A stretch of DNA of 64,000 nucleotides from Octopus vulgaris. Lineage: Eukaryota. The stretch is from contig OX597820.1 in the NCBI GenBank assembly GCA_951406725.2, forward strand, positions 61,876,001 through 61,940,000. Direction: 5' to 3'. Of the stretch, positions 38,995 through 51,974 are shown in pieces. The notes under the pieces are model-generated. The model had not been told where the DNA came from, made no database searches, and worked only from the letters and a program-made list of their open reading frames with translations. Positions within the stretch are counted from its first letter, which is position 1; every line of letters starts with the position of its first letter. Made by a program: the position numbers and the translations under genes.

Positions 38995-39989
38995 ATATAA
39001 ACGGATGTGAAATGTTAAATCGGTAGATTGTAGTCTATTACTAGCAGTATCGCCCGGCGTTGCTCGGGTTTGTAAGGGAAATAACTATAAAGCATTTTTA
39101 GAGAGTTATAGCCAAAAAATAGCAAAAAAATGGAAAAAATATTATGGTAAATTTTTTTTTGAGAGTTAAAACGGTCGAGTTGCGTCCCCTAGACAGTCTG
39201 TGGTTTGTGTTTCTGATTCTCGACCCCATGTCGAATTTATCAATTTTTTTTAGAACTGGGGGAACTTTTCAAAATTTTCTCTGCGTTAGTTTTGAATTAT
39301 GACATTGGGCTATGTGTGTGTCAAGTTTCATCAGAATCGGTTGAAAGCCGTGGTCAGGGTGAGGGTACAACCTAACAGACACACAGAAACACACACAGAC
39401 AAACTGCCGTTTATATATAGAGAGATGTCTTGGGGTAACTGGTCACTAATAAACTACACCGAGGAAATCTGAGATCGGTAACTGGTTGGAATTGCGACCG
39501 TATTGCCAAGAATAGACTTAAGACTTAATACTGACTGCATTGCTCACATTATATTTCAAACCAATTTTCGTTTACTAAAACTGTGGGTACATAAAGCAAT
39601 TACTGACCACTTATGTTTTCTGTGCTTGTGAGTAAGTCAACAATATTTGCTCGAGTGTAATGACCCGCTGTACTTTACATTTAAATATAAACGGATGTGA
39701 AATGTTAAATCGGTAGATTGTAGTCTATTATGTCTTGGGGTAACTGGTCACTAATAAACTACACCGAGGAAATCTGAGATCGGTAACTGGTTGGAATTGC
39801 GACCGTATTGCCAAGAATAGACTTAAGACTTAATACTGACTGCATTGCTCACATTATATTTCAAACCAATTTTCGTTTACTAAAACTGTGGGTACATAAA
39901 GCAATTAATGACCACTTATGTTTTCTGTGCTTGTGAGTATGTCAACAATATTTGCTCGAGTGTAATGACCCGCTGTACTTTACATTTAA
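38995..39989. repeat. 305-bp tandem duplication; copy 1 (38995-39684) interrupted by a Helitron, copy 2 (39685-39989) empty
   Basis: Copies match apart from about two substitutions seen by eye (gcaattactg/gcaattaatg; agtaagtc/agtatgtc). Confidence 0.95.
39041..39425 (-). mobile_element. Complete non-autonomous Helitron (385 bp)
   Basis: Minus strand starts TCTCTCTATATATAA and ends CCCGAGCAACGCCGGG hairpin + CGATACTG-CTAG; inserted between A and T with no TSD, confirmed by the empty site tagtctatta|tgtcttgggg at 39721-39740. Confidence 0.93.
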
Positions 39990-41374
39990 CATTGGAATGC
40001 TCGTAGCTAATAGAGTCCAATCCATCTAGTAAAAATTGTTGAAGACAAAAACTTCTACGCTACGTTAAGTAATGTAAATTATGATAATGTTACGTTGGCT
40101 TCCTTAACTGAGACATAGCAAACCTACGATGAAATCGACGTTACACTGCTGCAGCAGAGATGGCCAAATCATGGTGTATGAACCAATAAAAGCAGTGCAC
40201 TGGATAACAAGAAATGATGCATTGCACAGTCGTCCAGACTTGTTCAATGGACATTCGATAACTATTTGACCCTGAAGCGCCAGTTCACCCTAGATGTTTG
40301 TTGCTTAGTTTACAGTTAATACTTTTACATTACAGAGTTGCGCATTGTTCGTTCTTTGTGAACATTTTCAGATTTGTACATTTACAAAAATAAGTCTTTT
40401 TTTTCTATACCCGTTACAATGCAAAATGAAATAAAAGAAAAAAAAAACAGGTTGTGCGAGTAAATGAGAATTTAAGAACATAAGAATAAAGAACTTTATT
40501 CGCAGTGAGATCTTCAGGAAAACTGTTGTATATTATCTGTGAAATAGCGAAAATATTTTCTTACATAATAAAAGACATGATGTTAATAGACAATACAAAA
40601 CACAATATAAGCTTAAAATAGAAAGAAAACAGAAGATAGCTACGGAAAGCAAGCAATTGAGAAAAAAAATAGAGAAGAAATGAAAAGAAGACAAAAGATA
40701 TTTGTTGAAAGAAGTTGAAAGAAGACAAAACATATTTGTTGAAAGAACTTGTGTAAGTTTGATGATAAAAAAAGCGTTGGCAAAAACCCTCCCCAAAACG
40801 GAAGTCTTTCCCCGAAGAAGTAATTGTTAGGTCTCGTCTCCCAATACTTACAAGATGTCTTGATGATGGAAATAGCGAAAGAAAGGTAAAATGTAATTGG
40901 TTTGTCCAGGCAAATAGTTACGATACTCGTCTAAAAACTTAATCATAATGTATCGTGATGTAAGTTTCTAGAAGAGAAAACAATGTGTTAACCAGAGAAG
41001 GATCCCTTTATGTTACTTGATTTAGCATTTTTACTTGTAAACAGCCATCTCAATGGGTTAATTACTAAAATGATATCAATGTATTCAATATAAAATTATA
41101 ATTATTCGACTCTTAATCAGAAAATGAGTATTCTAATTAGTTTCTGCACTTAAAAACGCATCGCAAATGTGCTGACTATCAATATTAATACGCTAACTTT
41201 TTGCTTTTGTACGTACCCGTTGTGAGTGTCACACTTCTTTGAGGTGGCAAAGCGAGAGAGAGGAGGAGAGAGAGGAAGTAAGAGAGAAAGAGAGATGGAG
41301 TGAGAGAGTGTGAGAGAGAAAGTGAGAGAGAAAGTGAGAGAGTGAGAGAGAGAGAGAGAGAGAGTGGAAGAGAT

Positions 41375-41646
41375 CAGTGGTGACGGCGTTCATTTTGTGC
41401 TTTTAAATGATTCAGAGGAAGTAAAAGAGACAGAAAGAGAGTAATAGAGTAAGTGAGAGAGTGAGAGAGAATGAGAGAAAGAATGAAAGAAACAGTGAGT
41501 AGTGACGGCGTTCGTTTTGTGTTTATAAATGTTTCATAGAGGACGTATGAGAGAAAGAGAGTGAGAAAAAGTGAAAGAGAAAGAGAGAGAGAGAATGAAA
41601 GAGACAGTGAGTGGTGACGGCGTTCGTTTTGTGTTTTTAAATGTTT
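41375..41646. repeat. Three copies of a ~35-bp core (agtggtgacggcgttcgttttgtgtttttaaatg) separated by GA-rich tracts
   Basis: Cores at ~41376, 41498 and 41610. Confidence 0.85.
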
Positions 41647-41894
41647 ATCACATCGCAAGAGAAGTAGATACATAGATACATATATACATTGTTTAATCAA
41701 AAGCAGGAGAGAATAGGGACACAAAGGAAATGAAAGAGAAAGAGAGAAAATGAGAGAGATAATACATATATAGATACATAGACACAGCAAATATTGGGTG
41801 TTAGTTTCACTTTTCATTACCACACGAGAATGAAATTAAACTAAATATCTAACTAAATGTCTATGTATCAATATATGTATTATATATATATATA

Positions 41895-42545
41895 TAAAAG
41901 ACCGGTTTAACTTTTCTAGGCGTCCCCCAGCCGAACTCTCGGCCCTTCGATGTCTCCGACACCTTACTGACATAATCATAAAACTGACCGACAAGGGTGT
42001 AGCCGTGGTGGTGTGGCGCGCAGACCTCTGCAAGGCCGAAGCTCTCCGCCAGCTTCAAGACACTCCTTCTACTGCCCTATGCCCTCTGACTCCACACCCA
42101 GCTACCAACAGACTGTGTCCTCCACTATTCATGACCTCATCTCCTCCTCCAGTCTCCCCACCGCCTCCAACCTCGTTGTTCACACCCCTCGCACCCCCAC
42201 GATTTGCTTCCTCATCAAAATCCACAAACCTAACAACCCTGGCCGCCCCATCGTCTACGCCTGCAACTGCCAAAAAAAAAAAAAAGGGGTATGACCCTTC
42301 TGTCCGGCATTCGTCATGATAGATCGCTAGCCACTACACATTCTTTATTTTCTCTCCTTGTTTCTTTATTTTCTCTCTTTATGTTCTCTTCTTGTTTCTT
42401 TCTGTGTTCCTTTCTGTGGAAAAGCGTAGGTTCGAAACGTTAAAGACTTTTTCTCTTCTCGAGCATTATGCTAATACATCTGTTTGTTGTCTACACTACC
42501 TGTCTTCGTCTTTAGTTTTTTTTTGTGAATTCTCCCTATATATAT
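41895..42545 (+). mobile_element. Internally deleted Penelope-like (Neptune-type) element between (TA)n tracts
   Basis: DIIIKLTDKGVAVVVWRADLCKAEALRQL and PRTPTICFLIKIHKPNNPGRPIV RT N-terminal motifs; pLTR with hammerhead variant. Confidence 0.88.
42410..42445 (+). ncRNA. Hammerhead-like variant (CUGUGGA core)
   Basis: CUUU-CUGUGGA-AAAGC-GUAG-GUUC-GAAA-CG-UU-AAAG; stem I CUUU/AAAG, ACGU palindrome. Confidence 0.55.
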
Positions 42546-42744
42546 ATGAATATATTTGCGTGTATGTATAAGTATACGTTAATTAAAACATGTTTACAAT
42601 AATAAGTGTCGCATGGTGGAAATAAACGCCATTACCAAACCTTCATCGTAAATCCATTTATTAATTCGTTCTTTTGCACTTCAATTTGTACATTTCTACC
42701 CAAAAGTTTCAACAACTGCACGCCAGAAAAAAATGGGGAAAAAA

Positions 42745-43272
42745 ATTCCCAGAATTAAACTTAGCTCAAGTTTCCACTTCGACATGCATATTCAATGACA
42801 ATTAATAAGGCTAAAGGGCAGACATCTGAAAAAGTTGGAATACATTTGCTTCAACCGGTATTTTTTCATGGCCAATTATGTCGCATTTTCAAGAGCCACA
42901 TCTACGAACAATATCAATGTAAGAGTTATGACACTCAATTGAGATAACAGACAAGACGAAAATCGTGGGGCAACATACACACAAAGTATAAGAACGATAT
43001 ATATATATATTTTTTTTTTAATAATATACTTTTCTAGGCCTGAAACTTTTGTGGGAAAGGGGTCAGTTGATTAGATCGACACCAGTACACAACTGGTATT
43101 TAATTTATCGACCCCGAAAGGACGAAAGGTAAAGCCGACCTCGGAAGAATTTGAACTCAGAACATAAACACAGACGGTCATAGTATGCAAATATTTCTCA
43201 TGGCACCAGTACACTTTCTATAGATGCTTACATTTTTTATGTTTTCCCTGAATTTTTCACGGGTTCAGCTAG
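42745..43272 (+). mobile_element. Helitron 3' remnant: PIF1-family helicase motifs V-VI and 3' terminus
   Basis: IPRIKL...[36 protein letters not shown](fs)VAFSRAT; terminal hairpin ccctgaatttttcacggg, CTAG at 43269-43272, then T. Confidence 0.88.
43030..43175 (-). mobile_element. SINE family B inserted in the Helitron remnant
   Basis: actggtatttaatttatcgaccccgaaaggacgaaagg. Confidence 0.8.
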
Positions 43273-43391
43273 TAATCATAATTCTACGAAATATGTTATT
43301 GCAAGAAACCTATGAAAGCAATGATTATGGTTATACTTATAAAATACGGTTTATAAATGAATATTAACTTTTAGAAACCCATTTCTACTGA

Positions 43392-43442
<51 letters not shown>

Positions 43443-44360
43443 ATACGCACACGCCGTCACACACAGGGCGCACCACACGATTATACCTAGTAGCGTACAA
43501 ATGAAACTTGTTGACTTGAAAAACAAAGTCATTAGTAAAAGCTATTTTGCCCTCTGAACATTTTTCAAAGAGAAGAAAATTTGCCCAAAGTTACACCTGT
43601 TGTTTCCGAGCGACGAACAGATATGAACAAACATTTTCATCAATGAAGCGGATTAGATGAAAAGCAAAAACAAAACAAAATATAGAAAAAAATTAAAACA
43701 AAAGCAGTAAATCGAGATAATGATTGACTGATTCCAATTTCAAGAATTCCCTGCTTGTCTCAGTAACTAATTTGATTCCTAACACTAATGCTAGGCGAAA
43801 GCAAAATTAACTCAAAAGTCTCATTAAAATGGAGATTTTCTTTAAACTAAGTCATTATACTATGTAAAAATGCTAAATATACGTAGCTATTATAACATAT
43901 TTTATACAATAACTGAATGGAGTTGCAAGACTGTATAGATCATCTGAACTCGTGCACGGAATATATACTAGTAAAGGAATGCACAGTAGGTACAAGTGTA
44001 AAACAAATCCAAATTGACGGCGTATGGCAAATGTCTGATAATTGGTATGTGTGTGTCTGTGTAGGTATGTGTGGCTGTATGCGTGTGTGTAGGTGTTTGT
44101 ATACAACTAAGGTTTTCTAATACACATTGTGTTATGGATAAATTATTTAGTAAATATTCAATCACGCTGGCAACAAACGCACGATTAGCAAATTCACTGA
44201 GCCATTGCGGCTAGGTTCTTGGTTGTGATTGAAATATTAGAGCAAAGAGTGGGGACTTGTCTTCTGCTGAGTGGGAACATGTCGAGGCAAACGCATTTAC
44301 CTTTCTGTGTGTGTGCATAAGAAAGTATCAAGATGTTATCCACATTTATAATCCCATTAA

Positions 44361-44581
44361 TACGACGGGGTGCTTAAATGTTCCTGGCTTTAAGGGTAAT
44401 GCGAAAGGCCTGGCTGGACGCCCAAATTTCTGAGTTCTTTTACAGGGCTTAGAAAAACTGAAGGACCGCTGCAATAAATGTGTGAATCTGTGAGGGAAAT
44501 ATATTGAATAAAATCATAATCAACTAACCCTCCTGTATTTTCTTTTACCCAAAGCTCGGAACTTTTCAGTATCCCCGCGTG
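44361..44581 (+). mobile_element. Mariner-derived MITE
   Basis: TIRs tacgacggggtgcttaaatgttcctggcttt / aaagctcggaacttttcagtatccccgcgt; internal LEKLKDRCNKCVNL.GKYIE transposase C-terminus. Confidence 0.8.
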
Positions 44582-44749
44582 AAAGCTACAAAATAACTGA
44601 AATTTATAAATTTAACTTAGGTTTTCAAATATACGTTGTGTTGTGCATAATATATACTCACAAGACACATACGTACATACATACGTACATACATACATAC
44701 ATACATACATACATACATACATACGTACATACATACGTACGTACATACA

Positions 44750-46820
44750 TGTACGGGTGCATAGAAAGAACCTCATTTTCAATGTGGCTGGACTACAAGG
44801 AGGCCTTTGTCTCTGTGCCCCACTCTTGGATGCTAAAAGACTTTTGACTTGCTAAGTTCCAGTGAGCATAATCAATGCTATAGCTGACCTGATTTCATCG
44901 TTGGCCACCATCTTGAAGTTAAATACAACGAGTGATTGTATTATCACTAATAGAATACAGTATCGCAGAGGTATATTTCAAGGGGATAGCCCCTCTATGA
45001 TGTTTATACTCTCTGTAAACCCTTTGTCATTCATTTTAAGGAAGTGTGAATGATATCTCACTAGTTTACAAGGAAACAGAAATACCAAAATTACACAGTG
45101 CTCCTTTGTGAATACTTGAAACTATATTAAAAGAATATGCATGGGATATAAAAGAGCCTTGACTTGGTTAAAACATTCTCAAAGGATATATATTTGGAGT
45201 TTGGTCAAGGTAAATGTTGCTATATGATCGCGAAAAGAGGGAAAGCGGTAAAAAAACAAAACAAACAACATCTCCATCAATGACCTGACTGTTTCTCCTA
45301 TATCTGTTACATATATATTGGGGCGGATGGAAACATATCATACGATGGTACCTGTAACGAGACACGTGTCACTAAAGAATATTACAACCGAATAAAGAAA
45401 ATATGGATCTCGAAACTCTCTGCATTCAATAAAACTGTGGCCCATAATGTGCTCGCAGTGCCAGTATTAATTTGGCTACTTGGTTGAACGTTTGATGAGA
45501 TCTGAGCCATTGATGTGACAACTCGGAAGATACTAACCAACACGCATAATTTCCACATCAACAATGACGTAGACCGCCTCTACTTTAAACGAGAACAAAA
45601 GAGCAAAGGCTTAAAATCAGTCCAAACTGCCTTTGGATGTCCTATCATAGGCCTTCGAGAGCATCTTCAACCACCAAGTGTCTAAGTGCATTCTTTGACC
45701 AAGTTTGCATACAAGAGGCTTGTCTAAGGCTTGTCAACCTTAGACATATGCCCAAAGAAGTCGCACGACTCTACCGCAACGTATCATCAGATAAAAGGAT
45801 GGATGAGCGTATATGAGCAGAAGATCATGCATGCATATGTCAGTAGAAACCTCCGAGGTGATAGCAACATTGATCATCAAAACAGTCTATCATCGACCAA
45901 CAACTGGATTACTAACTCCCACTTTAAAGGTTATGCGTTTGCAATTCAGGAACAAGAAATATTAACCAAATACATGATGCACAAAAGGGACAGAAACACA
46001 GGAAAAGTAGCAAAATGTGATAACCGATGCAGACTTTGTGGAGTTACCGCCGAAGATATCACCCACATCATAAGCAGTTGTCCGAAAAAGTCATCACGGT
46101 ATTATCTATCGATGAGAGATGATGTTGTAGCTAGGACACTCTATAATGAAATCAGTCGAAAGATAACACCGAGACCAAAGAATATGCAATAGGATAGAAT
46201 ATGCAATATGATAGAAGCCACAGCCATTCATAATAAAAAGGGGTACTGAATATCCCAGTGAAAACCTCAATAAAATGTAAGCATAATATACAAGATACAG
46301 TAATTTGGGATAAAGAAGAGAAACTGTACAGTTGTGGAAATCAGCTATCCAGCGGATATTAACATAAAGCTAAAAATCAGTGAAAAAGAATACGCTAAAC
46401 TATTGAGGAATCTACAGCTACTCTATCCAGATTACAAGTTCAGGTTTATACTTGTAATTATCGGGGCATTGGAATATGTCACACACAACCTAAATACCAA
46501 TCTTGAGAAATTAGGCTTCTCAAAACCAGAATGGAGAACGCTGATTCCAAGACTACAGATCCAAGTCATCACAGGAACTGTAAAAATCTGTAAAACTTTC
46601 CAGAAATTTATCATTTAAGTATATATGGGCATGTGTAGATATGCAAGTATATGCATAAGAATACACACATAAAATAAAAATACAAATCTTCACATAGACA
46701 TATATATATAAAACTCCCCTGTCGATGTTGTCGAAATTCCAATGGAGGAATCTTGGATCTAGGTTAGAAACCGGCTCTTTCTCTACTGGCAAGAAATCTT
46801 GAAGTAAAACTAAATAATAA
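44750..46820 (+). mobile_element. 5'-truncated R4/Dong-type non-LTR retrotransposon (RT, CCHC, restriction-like endonuclease), pseudogenised
   Basis: WLDYKEAFVSVPHSW, RRGIFQGDS, CRLCGVTAEDITHIISSC, R.DVVA, VEISYP.D.N, IIGALE motifs; stop at 46618; (TACA)n on both sides. Confidence 0.9.
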
Positions 46821-47364
46821 CATACATACATATCTGGTGGTTGTCTACAGGTTAGACGAGTATAACCGCAGCTGAAATAGTGTCAGCAATGCCGGTGCAA
46901 GGACTTTAAGTCACGTGCGGGTTGCAGAACACGATAAACGACACACATTAGGAATACCAAGAAACCCAAGGATAAGCAAATACTTGAAAGCTCGTATATA
47001 GTATCAGAGGTGTGAAAGGACAAAGAAGTTGAATACCTAAGTTTTACATAAGAAAGTAAAATGTCGAATGTCTGTTGAGAAAATATCATGTTTCCAAAAA
47101 TGTTTGGTAAGAGAGTTATATAATTTTAGCGACACCCAACAATAGCAATCGACAAAAGATGCTAATTTTTTTTTTATGTGCAAGCAAAATTGTTGAATCT
47201 TAATGGTTCCTCTTCCTCGCCTGCTGGAACAAAATGTACAATTGCAAATACAACCAATAACTTCTAGTAAAGCCATTTCTGTTGAAGTAGTTTCTGCATC
47301 GTTGTTTCAGTCAACATTAGCACAGCCAGCCAAAGGAACCGGCCTCAGGTTTACTTCTATTACT

Positions 47365-48200
47365 TAACGTAATCATCCGATGAATTTTAATTTTCTCAAG
47401 CGAACATTAAGGTAATAGCAATGTTCTTTTCAATCAATTTGGTCCACTGCTTTTATTTCGTTCATTATACCCAAACCTACGATCATGCCAATTTTTTCTT
47501 CTGTACCGGGTATAATGAAAATTCAAAATCACTGCATGCCAGAGGTAAAGAAAATGCATTGTTTACTGAAAGATGTGCAATTGGGGAAAATGCTTTGAAG
47601 AACACCGAGTCTCTGAATGTCATTGCTCTTCTATTGAACTGGAAGTGTTGATTCATAAATATAATAACGTCAGAGAGTTGTTGGATGAAACTGCAATAAA
47701 ACATGCGCAAACAAATCGTAAATGCATAATAAAAAATATTGAGTGTTTGCATTTCCTTTGCCGACAAGGAATAGCCATGCAAGGAAATGTTGAAGAATCA
47801 TCAAAATTGTATAACCTAATACGACTTTTTCATGAGAGATTTACTTGGTAAAGTACGTACAAACAGTTTTTCAATTATTGCTGGCGAAAATATCGAAATA
47901 TCCAACAAAGCACAACTTACATTATGTGTTCGTTGGATTGATAAATGCTGGATGGCAAATGAAGAATGTTTGTGTTCTTTTTATTGCTTACTTGACATAA
48001 TATCTTCAGCTATATTTTCTGTGTTATCATAGATGTGTGCACAAGTCTGCAACTACATTCACGTAACTGCAGAAGAGTATACTTTGACGGAGTAAGTAGA
48101 TGCTAGGGAGTACTCAAGCGCTTGCAAGAACTTCAGTCAAAGGCATTCGTAATACAGTGTCAAGAAAAATATTTAATGTCTGGTGGAACTAGAAAATACT
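47365..48200 (+). mobile_element. Decayed hAT-superfamily transposase (DUF4371/ZMYM1-like)
   Basis: NRKCIIKNIECLHFLCRQGIAMQG and FSIIAGENIEISNKAQLTLCVRWID, cf. FLARQGLALRG / FSIIADE..D.SNKEQL..C.RWVD. Confidence 0.8.
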
Positions 48201-48287
48201 ATGTAAAACACTGCCTCACGTGATGACCAACAGTAAGATTCTCTCTACAGCTGTCTCCACACTAATTGTACCATATCTCACACTGGT

Positions 48288-48589
48288 ATGGAGGCGCAAT
48301 GGCCCAGTGGTTAGGGCAGCCAACTCGCGGTTGCGATTCCTAGACCGGGCGTTGTGCATGTTTATTGAGCAAAAACACCTAAAGTTCCACGAGGCTCCGG
48401 CAAGGGGTGGTGGCGACCTCTGTTGTACTCCTTCGCCCCAACTTTCTCTTACTCTTTCTTCTTGTTTCTTGAGTAACGCTGCGATGGACTGGCGTCCCGT
48501 CCAGCTGGGGGGAACTCATACGCCATAGAAACCGGGAAACCGGGCTCATAAGCCTGGCTAGGCTCGAAAAGGGCGCATAAATAAATAAA
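48288..48589 (+). mobile_element. SINE family C with 13-bp TSD (one mismatch)
   Basis: TSD atctcacactggt at 48275-48287 and atcttacactggt at 48590-48602. Confidence 0.9.
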
Positions 48590-49363
48590 ATCTTACACTG
48601 GTTGGTTCATAATTTTGTTTATATCCTATACACTAATACAATTGAAATTCTTTTCTATTTCACAGAAGCTCTTTCTTGTTTCATAATAAAAAAATATTTA
48701 ATTCGGTATGTATTGTAAAGAATTCGTAAAGTGCAGTTGTAATTATTAAAAAAATATTTTTACTTAAAAAAAAAAAATCACCGAGGAATGAAATTATCGG
48801 GAAAAAATAAGTATTCACTCAGTTGTTGATGAAAGCCAAGATGAAAACCAAGAATCTCGTGTGCCGCCTCACAATGTCTATTTTCTTCTTTGTGATACAT
48901 TTAGACAGACCAGTACTCGTACTCGCATGCAAACGATTTATCAAAGTCACAGCAAGTTGCTGGAATGTACAGAAGATGGTTGAAATTTCTATGGAAGTTT
49001 TGAATGACATAAAGAATTAATACTCATTTGATTGATCCCGAGAAAAATTGAATTGGGAATCGGGAAAGGTATTTCGCTTCACAAATGAAAGTCATGACAA
49101 ATAATAGTCACTTTCTTCAGGTGAGCTTCAAGGTATATTCAAAGCAGGTGTCATTACTTCTTGTCATCTTATATTTGATGTTCTTCTTTATCATACATTA
49201 CAAAGATAAATCAATGGCTTTCAAACTTCATAGTCGAAGCGTAGCTACGTAATGCGTCGTGCATGAGGTTAGAAAATCAGTTGAATTTTTAGTGTTAATT
49301 ACTTTTAAAAGCTTAAACCTGGAAATACTTAATCATAGACGTTAGCAAAGGTTTGATCATCTT

Positions 49364-49416
<53 letters not shown>

Positions 49417-49530
49417 AAATAAGGGTTTAGCAACAAGCTGCTTCACCACCTACCGAAAATTTAGAAATAGCAGCCAAAAGACAGCTAATTCTTTTCACTA
49501 CAATTTTAGGACTCCACAGACAATAATATT

Positions 49531-49591
<61 letters not shown>

Positions 49592-49594
49592 GAC

Positions 49595-49845
49595 AAACGT
49601 CACCCTTTTCAAGCCTAGCCAGGCTCATGGGCCCGGTTTCCCGGTTTCTGTGGCGTATGTGTCCCCCCCCAGCTGGACGGGACGCCAGTCCATCGCAACG
49701 TTACTCAAGAGACAGGAAGAAAGAGTGAGGGAAACTTGGGGTGAAAGAGTACAACAGGGGTTGCCACCACCCCCTGCCGGAGCCTCGTGGACCTTTTAGG
49801 TGTTTTTGCTCAATAAACACCCACAACACCCAGTCTGGGAATCGC
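49595..49845 (-). mobile_element. SINE family C (head truncated)
   Basis: Reverse complement of 48330-48575. Confidence 0.88.
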
Positions 49846-49879
49846 AACGTTTGTGTATGTGTGTGTGTGTGTGAGGTCG

Positions 49880-51577
49880 CTCATGAGTTCTACTGGTAAC
49901 ATGTAATCCAGTACAACCTCTTGCATTGTCGGGTCGTCGGCGACTAAATTGGCAACCCTACCAGGGGTGTTTGTTGGAGACACTGCGGGACAAAAAAATA
50001 AGATCCGTCAAAGGCGGAGGAACTCATAAACAGTCAACGGCCATTCAACAAATATTCGATACTGTTAATCGAAATGCTCTGTGGCTAATTCTAAGGAAAA
50101 TAGGTTGCCCAAAACAATTTGAAAACATGATCAGGGCTTTGCATCAAGAAGGCTAGAGTTAATCTTCATGATAGACTCTCTGAATCATTTGCAGTGGGAA
50201 ATGGAGTAAAGCAAGGAGACTCTCTTTGCAATATATTTTACTGTTGTGCTGTCACACGCTTTTCTAAACTCCGACGAGGGTATTTACATAAAATATCGAA
50301 AAACAGGGAATGTTTTTAATCTGACCAGATTGAAATTCAAAACAAAGGTTTTTACTTCGCTCATTAGGGAACTCTTATACGCTGACCATTGCTATCTAGT
50401 CAGTCACTCTAAAACGGGCCTGCAATCTCTTGTATCTGCATTTAACACAGCTTGTGATGATTTTGGCTTGACCATCAACATGAAAAAAATAGTTGTAATG
50501 TATCAACCTGCACGTGGTTCTCTTTGCAACCCCACCAAAAAGTTTCGTTAAGGGTAAGTTACTCGAGGTTGTTGACTCTTTCATCTATCTTAGGACCTCT
50601 GTACAAAATGATTGAAATCTGGACACAGAAATACACCTGTGTATTCAAAGGGGGTACAAACATTTGGTGGTTTGGAATCGCGCATTTGGCGCCAACGACG
50701 TATAAATAACAACACAAAATTGGCTCTTTACAAATCATTTGTCTTACTATCCTTGTTGTATTCTTCTGAACCATGGACGTGTTATGAAAGACATTTCGGA
50801 TTGTTAGAACGATTCCACTAAAAATGCCTTCACCGCATTTTAAACATTAAATGGGGCTTTTTTACTCCAAACACAGATGTCTTTGCATCTGCAGGCATCA
50901 CTTAAGTTAAATGAATGATTCTGAAAAACAAAATGAGATGGTTTGGCCATATTGCTCGAATGGCGGATAAATGCACACCCAAAAAGCTGTTGTATGGTGA
51001 GCTTGCAGAAGGGAAACGCAAGCGGTGTAAACCTAAAAAAGAGGTGTAAAGACGGCATAAGTACTACCATGAATGGATTTGAATGGATCCAAAGGCCATA
51101 GAAACTTTTGCTTCTGATTGAGCTGGGTGGCAAACAAAAATGTAGAGTAGAGTGAAAGTGTTTGAGGAGGCTTGGATAACACATGCAAGACTCAAGAGAG
51201 ATTTAAAGAAGATTGATGCGACTAACGAAAAGGGGCATCTCAGTGACCTTTTCATGTGCCCAGTTTGTGACAGACCATGCTTTTCTTTTACTGGGCTCAA
51301 ATCTCACGAAAATCGATCCTCCACCAACTATTCTGCTTATACATCTGTGCACACCTTTCAATGCCATGTATGTCGTAAGGGAGGCTTCAAAAGACATTTT
51401 AAGATCCATAAAGATCTGAACTTAACTGCAGCTCGGATATGTCCAAATCGGATATGCAATCTATGTGGATGTCTTTTCAATTCATTGTCTGGTTTTAAAA
51501 GCCCCATCAGACGCCATGATGGATCTAAGGTGTAAGTACAAGATGTGGTAAGATTCTGCATGAGGAGCAGACAACCA

Positions 51578-51580
<3 letters not shown>
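49880..51580 (+). mobile_element. RTE (BovB-like) LINE, deleted and pseudogenised, with C-terminal C2H2 fingers
   Basis: FDTVNRNALW, GNGVKQG, LIRELLYAD, FGLTINMKK, LLYSSEPWT, MRWFGHIARM, LLYGEL motifs; CPVC, CHVC and CNLC fingers in ORF 51152-51535. Confidence 0.92.
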
Positions 51581-51634
<54 letters not shown>

Positions 51635-51649
51635 TATATACTCTTGCAC

Positions 51650-51885
51650 TTTACTCTTTACTCTTTTACTTGTTTCAGCCATTTGACTGTGAGCATGCCA
51701 CCTTTAGTCGAGCAAATCGACCCCAGGACTTATTCTTTGTAAGCCTAGTTCTTATTCTATCGGTCTCTTTGGCCGAACCGCTAAGTTATAGGGACATGAA
51801 CACACCAGCATCGGTTGTCAAGCGAAGTTGGGGGATCATGTAGTTCGTAAGCAAGCTGCTTACCACACAACCACTCCTACGCCTA
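51650..51885 (-). mobile_element. SINE family A, internally deleted
   Basis: Tail and head present, middle missing. Confidence 0.85.
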
Positions 51886-51928
51886 TATATATAAATATAA
51901 ATATAAATATAAATAAATAAATAAATAA

Positions 51929-51971
<43 letters not shown>

Positions 51972-51974
51972 TAT

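Noticed and set aside
41375-41646. Second CRISPR-like array
   Set aside because: Only three units with GA-microsatellite spacers; a minisatellite.
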